Shown here in pieces: positions 27,891 to 32,000 of a DNA stretch of 32,000 bases. This DNA comes from Faecalibaculum rodentium (GTDB lineage: Bacteria > Bacillota_I > Bacilli_A > Erysipelotrichales > Erysipelotrichaceae): assembly GCF_001564455.1 (NCBI RefSeq), contig NZ_CP011391.1:690001-722000 (forward strand), in the 5' to 3' direction. Every line of letters begins with the position of its first letter. Positions within the stretch are counted from its first letter, which is position 1. The notes beneath the pieces are model-generated. The model did no database searches, was not told the DNA's origin, and was given only the letters and a program-made list of their open reading frames with translations. Position numbers and translations under genes: made by a program.

Positions 27891-27922
27891 CGACAGACGG
27901 TCGAATGTGCCCGACAGACGGT
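27891..27922 (-). promoter_or_regulatory. tandem 11-bp direct repeat ACCGTCTGTCG, 10-nt spacer, ACCGTCTGTCG (- strand): candidate LytTR operator
   Basis: Perfect copies at 27891-27901 and 27912-27922 with a 21-bp period. They lie 8 nt upstream of a -35-like AGGACA (27882-27877), followed by a 17-nt spacer and GATAAT (27859-27854). Confidence 0.6.
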
Positions 27923-28259
27923 TTCGCTTGAAGCGGTGAACTGTGTGGATGGCGGATACCGGAGACCGTCCGGATTTTCGGCCTTCACATTCTGGACGGG
28001 AAGGCTCCGGAATTCCGGCAGGGAAGCAGATAGGACAGTTTCGATGCGGATTTCAGGTCACTGCTTCAGATTGAAGTGGAGCAGCCTCAAACCGTTCAAT
28101 GAACGGCCGTTTGATTTAAATGGATGTACAGATGTAACAGTGTTTTTTGATAACCGTCCGAATATGCTTTGACAGAACCAAATATTCCACTTTTGTGACA
28201 AAAAATGCAGTGTCAAAGGGCTTTCCCTTGTCGCCTTTCCTCTATTGATGCAGGGCTCA

Positions 28260-28268
28260 TGGTATACT
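28260..28268 (+). promoter_or_regulatory. extended -10 promoter (TGgTATACT) upstream of the second LytTR-like gene
   Basis: TG at 28260-28261 and TATACT at 28263-28268. This implies a ~190-nt 5' leader containing a CCGGTGA/TCACCGG hairpin (28282-28314). Confidence 0.45.
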
Positions 28269-28464
28269 GAAACCGTAAAATCCGGTGAATCAGAGAGGAC
28301 TCCTGTCTCACCGGTGCTGTTCATGAAGGATGATCCGGTAAAACAGGCATTCTTCGCAAAGTTTTAAAATGTAGTACAGTGTTGTGATTCCGTCCAATGA
28401 CCAACAGCATATCGTCGGATATGGGTTTATTACGTTTTATTTTGTTGGGTTAGAGAGGGAATTT

Positions 28465-29022
28465 ATGCAAGTCATCAGGAACCTCTTCCGTAAAAACAGA
28501 TTTCAGGAGGGGGACATTGTCTATCTTCAGCGTCATGACAGGAAGACACTGATCTGCCTGGCAGATGGCAGGGTCATTACCACGTACGAGCCGTTGAAAA
28601 ATGTCATGACCGAACTGAGTTCGGATGTGTTTGAAAATATCAACAAAGGGATCGTGATCAATCACGCCTTTGTGGATCGGGACATTGACGGTTTTGTGGT
28701 GCTGACGGATGGAAGCGGCTTTTCGAGACGGAAGAAGCCGCTGAAGAAAGTGGAAAGTCCGGAAGAACTGAGTCCGGAGGAACGGCTGAAAAAGGACATT
28801 CGCTTCCTTGTGGCTCCGGGAGTCCGGATCGAGAAGCTGGATGATCCGGCAACGGAAACCACACGGAATTCGGAGTGGAAACCGGACGGAAATCTCCGGC
28901 AGACTGCTGTATTCGAAGCGGAAGGCGGCTGGGTGCAGATAGAATTCACGCCAGTTGAAAAACGGGTCTTTTCCGGCCGAACCGAGAATCGGCGGAAAAG
29001 ACGGACTGCCAGACAGGTCTGA
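28465..29022 (+). CDS. LytTR-like domain protein with an uncharacterised basic/acidic C-terminal extension (185 aa)
   Basis: N-terminal DIVYLQRHDRKTLICLADGRVITTYEPLKNVMTELSSDVFENINKGIVINHAFV...LTDGSGFSRRKKPLKKV follows the LytTR domain pattern. No family was recognised in the C-terminal ~85 aa. AGAGAGGGA lies upstream of ATG 28465. Confidence 0.6.
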   Translation: MQVIRNLFRKNRFQEGDIVYLQRHDRKTLICLADGRVITTYEPLKNVMTELSSDVFENINKGIVINHAFVDRDIDGFVVLTDGSGFSRRKKPLKKVESPEELSPEERLKKDIRFLVAPGVRIEKLDDPATETTRNSEWKPDGNLRQTAVFEAEGGWVQIEFTPVEKRVFSGRTENRRKRRTARQV

Positions 29023-29039
29023 AATGACCTGTCTTTTTT
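29011..29039 (+). terminator. rho-independent terminator (includes the stop codon)
   Basis: AGACAGGTC, loop tgaaat, GACCTGTCT, followed by TTTTT. Confidence 0.85.
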
Positions 29040-29098
29040 CGGAACCGGCCGTCACAGGTGACAGTTTTGCGTTTTGTGAATCTATATGAAAATCATGG

Positions 29099-29127
29099 TT
29101 GCGTCCTGACTGTTTGGATGATATTAT
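29099..29127 (+). promoter_or_regulatory. promoter of the tRNA Ser-Asp-Gly cluster (TTGCGT, 17-nt spacer, TGaTATTAT)
   Basis: -35 at 29099-29104 and extended -10 at 29119-29127. Confidence 0.65.
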
Positions 29128-29163
29128 GAGTGAGCGTTGAAAAACAGCCCCTGATAAAAGTCT

Positions 29164-29254
29164 GGAGATGTACTCAAGAGGCTGAAGAGGTGCCCCTGCT
29201 AAGGGTATAGGTCGGGTTACCGGCGCGAGAGTTCAAATCTCTCCATCTCCGCCA
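29164..29254 (+). tRNA. tRNA-Ser (anticodon GCT), long variable arm, CCA encoded
   Basis: Acceptor GGAGATG/CATCTCC, anticodon loop CTGCTAA, T arm GAGAG-TTCAAAT-CTCTC; 91 nt. Confidence 0.9.
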
Positions 29255-29273
29255 TTTTTTTAAAGATGTTAAT

Positions 29274-29349
29274 GGTCCAGTGGTGTAGTGGTTAACATGC
29301 CTCCCTGTCACGGAGGAGATCGTGGGTTCGAGTCCCATCTGGACCGCCA
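29274..29349 (+). tRNA. tRNA-Asp (anticodon GTC), copy 1
   Basis: Acceptor GGTCCAG/CTGGACC, anticodon stem-loop CCTCC-CTGTCAC-GGAGG, T loop TTCGAGT, CCA encoded. Confidence 0.9.
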
Positions 29350-29354
29350 TTTTT

Positions 29355-29428
29355 GCAGATGTAGTTCAATGGTAGAACACGACCTTGCCATGGTCGATAC
29401 GGGGGTTCGATTCCCCTCATCTGCTCCA
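29355..29428 (+). tRNA. tRNA-Gly (anticodon GCC), copy 1
   Basis: Acceptor GCAGATG/CATCTGC, anticodon stem-loop CGACC-TTGCCAT-GGTCG, T loop TTCGATT, CCA encoded. Confidence 0.9.
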
Positions 29429-29442
29429 TCTAGTTGCGAAAT

Positions 29443-29478
29443 GAGCCCGGACGGGTTCGTTTTTTTTTTTTTTTTTTT
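29443..29478 (+). terminator. terminator hairpin followed by a 19-nt T homopolymer
   Basis: GAGCCC, loop ggac, GGGTTC (one G-U pair), then g and T19 (29460-29478). Confidence 0.75.
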
Positions 29479-29526
29479 CTGCTCTGGTGCGTCATCTAAT
29501 GCAGCCATGCTGTACTTTGCCTGCTG

Positions 29527-29535
29527 TGCTAGAAT
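29527..29535 (+). promoter_or_regulatory. extended -10 promoter (TGcTAGAAT) for galE
   Basis: TG at 29527-29528 and TAGAAT at 29530-29535, 24 nt upstream of the galE ATG. GGAGG ribosome-binding site at 29546-29550. Confidence 0.5.
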
Positions 29536-29558
29536 GAAGAGTAGTGGAGGTATGACCC

Positions 29559-30581
29559 ATGAGAATTCTGGTTACGGGAGGCGCAGGATATATCGGCAGT
29601 CACACAGCGGTGGAACTGCTCAAAAGCGGTCACGAGGTGATCGTGGCTGACAACCTGTCAAATTCCTCTGAAAAGGCACTGGACCGGGTGAAGGAGATCA
29701 CCGGAAAGGACCTGAGTTTTTACAACGTGGATCTGCGGGACAAGGATGCCCTGCAGGATCTGTTTGATAAAGAGGACATCGATGCGGTGATCCATTTCGC
29801 GGGACTGAAAGCCGTGGGCGAATCTGTCTCGAAGCCCATCGAATACTATCAGAACAACATCGGCGGGACGCTGAACCTGGTGGAAGCCATGCGCGACCAT
29901 GGGGTGAAGAACATCATCTTCTCCTCAAGCGCCACGGTCTATGGCGATCCGGCAGAGATCCCCATCACGGAGAACTGTCCGAAGGGTGTCTGCACGAACC
30001 CCTATGGCTGGAGCAAGTGGATGCTCGAGCAGGTGCTGACAGACCTGCACACGGCGGATCCGGAGTGGAATGTGGTGCTGCTGCGGTATTTCAATCCCAT
30101 CGGTGCCCATGAATCCGGGCTGATCGGGGAAGACCCGAAGGGGATCCCGAACAACCTGCTGCCGTATGTGGCGCAGGTGGCTGTGGGCAAGCTGAAGGAA
30201 GTGGGTGTGTTCGGAGACGACTATCCCACACCGGATGGCACCGGCGTGCGAGACTACATCCATGTGGTGGACCTGGCAAGGGGCCATGTGGATGCACTGA
30301 AGAAGATCGAAGACCGGGCAGGGGTGTTTACCTGCAACCTGGGGACCGGAAAGGGAAGCAGTGTGCTGGATGTGATCCATGCCTTCGAGAAGGCGGCAGG
30401 GAAGAAGATCCCGTACCAGATCAAACCGCGCAGGGCCGGGGACATCGCAGAATGCTATGCAGACTGTGCGCTGGCGGAAAAAGAGCTGGGCTGGAAGGCA
30501 CAGCATGATCTGGATGACATGTGTGCTTCCTCCTGGAAGTGGCAGTCCATGAACCCGAACGGGTATGAGACTGCCGACTGA
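29559..30581 (+). CDS. galE: UDP-glucose 4-epimerase
   Basis: MRILVTGGAGYIGSHT Rossmann motif, catalytic YxxxK (PYGWSKWMLE), FNPIGAH and DGTGVRDYIHVVDLA; 340 aa. Confidence 0.93.
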   Translation: MRILVTGGAGYIGSHTAVELLKSGHEVIVADNLSNSSEKALDRVKEITGKDLSFYNVDLRDKDALQDLFDKEDIDAVIHFAGLKAVGESVSKPIEYYQNNIGGTLNLVEAMRDHGVKNIIFSSSATVYGDPAEIPITENCPKGVCTNPYGWSKWMLEQVLTDLHTADPEWNVVLLRYFNPIGAHESGLIGEDPKGIPNNLLPYVAQVAVGKLKEVGVFGDDYPTPDGTGVRDYIHVVDLARGHVDALKKIEDRAGVFTCNLGTGKGSSVLDVIHAFEKAAGKKIPYQIKPRRAGDIAECYADCALAEKELGWKAQHDLDDMCASSWKWQSMNPNGYETAD

Positions 30582-30609
30582 CTGGGAAAAATCGAAGATT
30601 TTTGCCAGT
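30581..30609 (+). terminator. hairpin immediately after galE (13-bp stem with one mismatch, no U-tract)
   Basis: ACTGGGAAAAATC, loop gaa, GATTTTTGCCAGT. Confidence 0.4.
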
Positions 30610-30749
30610 CATCCCGCAGTCATGTAATGGCTTCGTGGCTGGAAGGCGGAGGAACGTTTGAGCTTCTCAGAGCGTCTCTGATGTGCAGTCAGAGCCGGAT
30701 TCCTGGAGTGTGTTCAGCAGCGGCTTAGACTAGACAGAATGAATGGTTG

Positions 30750-30792
30750 AATCACCCGGTGATCTGCGCTTCTGCAGGCATCGGGTGATTTT
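30750..30792 (+). terminator. terminator-like hairpin in the galE/tRNA-Thr spacer
   Basis: AATCACCCG (30750-30758) pairs with CGGGTGATT (30782-30790), then TT. The loop is 23 nt. Confidence 0.4.
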
Positions 30793-30937
30793 ACATGCAA
30801 ATCAAAAGAGAGATGGATATCGGCTTCATTGGGTGCGAAGGAGGGAGAAACCCGGATACATCAGCATCCGCTATGGAGAGCGGTTACCCGGACTGCAGAG
30901 TTTTGGCAGATTTTCCCGGAAATCGCATAAAAAACAG

Positions 30938-30967
30938 TTGCAAAGCTCCGGCATCCCGTGATATTAT
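30938..30967 (+). promoter_or_regulatory. promoter of the tRNA Thr-Asp-Gly cluster (TTGCAA, 18-nt spacer, TGaTATTAT)
   Basis: -35 at 30938-30943 and extended -10 at 30959-30967. The -10 block TGATATTAT is the same as at the Ser-Asp-Gly promoter. Confidence 0.65.
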
Positions 30968-31000
30968 CAACAAGCAGTCAGCCAAGAGGCTAACGACAGC

Positions 31001-31076
31001 GCCGACTTAGCACAGCTGGTAGTGCAACGCACTCGTAACGCGTAGGTCATAGGTTCAAGTCCTGTAGTCGGCACCA
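31001..31076 (+). tRNA. tRNA-Thr (anticodon CGT)
   Basis: Acceptor GCCGACT/AGTCGGC, D arm GCAC-AGCTGGTA-GTGC, anticodon loop CTCGTAA, T loop TTCAAGT, CCA encoded. There is one A-C mismatch at the base of the anticodon stem. Confidence 0.85.
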
Positions 31077-31085
31077 TTTATAAAT

Positions 31086-31161
31086 GGTCCAGTGGTGTAG
31101 TGGTTAACATGCCTCCCTGTCACGGAGGAGATCGTGGGTTCGAGTCCCATCTGGACCGCCA
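31086..31161 (+). tRNA. tRNA-Asp (anticodon GTC), copy 2, identical to copy 1
   Basis: Sequence is identical to 29274-29349. Confidence 0.9.
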
Positions 31162-31166
31162 TTTTT

Positions 31167-31240
31167 GCAGATGTAGTTCAATGGTAGAACACGACCTTGC
31201 CATGGTCGATACGGGGGTTCGATTCCCCTCATCTGCTCCA
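31167..31240 (+). tRNA. tRNA-Gly (anticodon GCC), copy 2, identical to copy 1
   Basis: Sequence is identical to 29355-29428. Confidence 0.9.
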
Positions 31241-31275
31241 TCAGAATTGTCCGTTTTTCGATAGAAAAACGATTG

Positions 31276-31302
31276 CCGTCCCTATTATAGGGGCGGTTTT
31301 TT
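31276..31302 (+). terminator. rho-independent terminator after the tRNA cluster
   Basis: CCGTCCCT, loop attat, AGGGGCGG (one G-U pair), followed by T6. Confidence 0.8.
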
Positions 31303-31322
31303 GTTTAGCAAACTCCATTCAT

Positions 31323-31352
31323 AGCTGTGTGCATACTTGCACACAGCTTTTT
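31323..31352 (+). terminator. second tandem terminator-like hairpin
   Basis: AGCTGTGTGC, loop atactt, GCACACAGCT, followed by TTTT. Confidence 0.7.
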
Positions 31353-31410
31353 GTCGTTTAGGCAGCTGTGGTTGCCCTTCCCTTTTAACTCGGATCACGG
31401 AGGAACGGAT

Positions 31411-32000
31411 ATGAACGGACTCATCAGAAATATGTGGACTAAGTTTTGCAAAGATTACTCATTAGATAACGTTTTAAGGATGATAGAAACATGGAGTGAA
31501 ATGTCGCTGCATAATGCAGACCTGATCAGCTATGCTCCATCGACCAGTCCCAGGTTTGACACTGTACAGACAAATCCGACACTAGGGAAGGATAGGCAAC
31601 TAGATCTGCTTTGCAAATTTTGGAAAGACCTTGAAATCTATCGTCTTGTTAAGTGCGCGCTGGAGAAAATGGCAAACTCTGATCAGGAAAAATTCGTAGA
31701 AGCTTTTCGTTACGGACTTGTCGGTACGCAAACTCTGGAGCTGATCCAGCAGGAACTGATAGTTCTGCTTTCCGCAAACCTAGCCAATTATCCGTATGCC
31801 CAGACAATACTCAATGATTACAGCGATAGGCGAGATGATGTTGTGCAGCGGCTGAATTGCAGCTGGAAAGCGGTTCGGAAAGTTATTCCAGAGATGGTGT
31901 CAAAGCATAAATCCTTTTTTGAGGATCATTTTACATCAGAAGAGATCAGCACTCTGATATCTACTAACGACTGGCAGCGAAAGAGGAATGTTTCATTGCT
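31411..32000 (+). CDS. hypothetical protein, low-GC, open to the window edge (at least 196 aa); absent from the ORF track because no stop is reached
   Basis: My own translation is MNGLIRNMWTKFCKDYSLDNVLRMIETWSEMSLHNADLISYAPSTSPRFDTVQTNPTLGKDRQLDLLCKFWKDLEIYRLVKCALEKMANSDQEKF... GGAGG lies 7 nt upstream of the ATG. I could not assign a family with confidence; there is a faint resemblance to phage ArpU-type regulators. Confidence 0.55.
   Translation, partial: MNGLIRNMWTKFCKDYSLDNVLRMIETWSEMSLHNADLISYAPSTSPRFDTVQTNPTLGKDRQLDLLCKFWKDLEIYRLVKCALEKMANSDQEKFVEAFRYGLVGTQTLELIQQELIVLLSANLANYPYAQTILNDYSDRRDDVVQRLNCSWKAVRKVIPEMVSKHKSFFEDHFTSEEISTLISTNDWQRKRNVSL

Larger units (their letters stand above)
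29271..29430 (+). repeat. 160-bp perfect direct repeat, copy A (tRNA-Asp, 5-nt spacer, tRNA-Gly, plus flanks)
   Basis: Base-for-base identical to 31083-31242 by direct comparison. The flanks diverge immediately outside. Confidence 0.9.
31083..31242 (+). repeat. 160-bp perfect direct repeat, copy B
   Basis: Identical to 29271-29430. Confidence 0.9.

Noticed and set aside
27848-27988. N-terminal extension of the LytTR ORF up to 27988
   Set aside because: The extension has no homology-like features and contains the direct repeats plus the -35/-10 elements. The LytTR family size (~146 aa) fits the ATG at 27847.
28058-28324. 88-aa ORF (-) and the tail of ORF 27714..28172 (+) inside the LytTR intergenic region, considered as possible bacteriocin or peptide genes
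   Set aside because: They have no Shine-Dalgarno sequence, no double-glycine or signal-peptide-like leader, and their composition is atypical. They overlap the predicted promoter elements.
29288-29650. Track ORFs 29288..29650 (+) and 29308..29508 (-)
   Set aside because: They are read through tRNA-Asp, tRNA-Gly and the T19 tract (poly-F and poly-K runs), so they are artefacts.
30743-31010. Track ORFs 30743..30961 and 30795..31010 (+)
   Set aside because: They have no ribosome-binding site and are basic with odd composition. The second runs into the tRNA-Thr promoter and gene.

Overview
This is a chromosomal window from a high-GC, Bacillota-type genome. A hand count of atpD gives about 55% G+C. 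For the first 20 kb nearly everything is on the + strand.

Gene order, left to right:
- gdpP (3' part), rplI, dnaB and an MBL-fold hydrolase.
- upp, atpZ, atpI and atpBEFHAGDC, which together form a complete F1Fo operon. Its c subunit carries a Na+-binding signature.
- A small accessory block: a frameshifted GNAT, an orphan 143-aa ORF, a YdcF/DUF218 membrane protein, GrpB and MscS.
- A PPi-dependent phosphofructokinase, then a second GNAT.
- An ammonium transporter fused in frame to a PII domain, preceded by a terminator/antiterminator leader.
- A convergent MATE exporter.
- A flavin-reductase::rubredoxin gene, divergent from a CydD/CydC-like ABC pair that is translationally coupled to a YgbA::YbaN (DUF454) fusion.
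- A stand-alone tRNA-His plus 5S rRNA mini-operon on the - strand.
- A LytTR regulator plus DUF3021 membrane protein pair with 11-bp direct repeats, divergent from a second LytTR-like protein.
- tRNA Ser-Asp-Gly, galE, then tRNA Thr-Asp-Gly. The Asp-Gly pairs form a perfect 160-bp direct repeat.
- An abrupt drop in GC into an unknown ORF that runs off the window.

I saw no CRISPR array, transposase or integrase. All protein calls rest on motifs and synteny recognised by eye in the supplied translations; no database search was run.

The most unusual items:
- the amt leader attenuator and the Amt::PII fusion
- the LytTR/DUF3021 module with its repeats and a candidate leaderless promoter
- the YgbA::DUF454 fusion coupled to the ABC exporter
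- the orphan tRNA-His/5S unit
- the Na+ signature in AtpE
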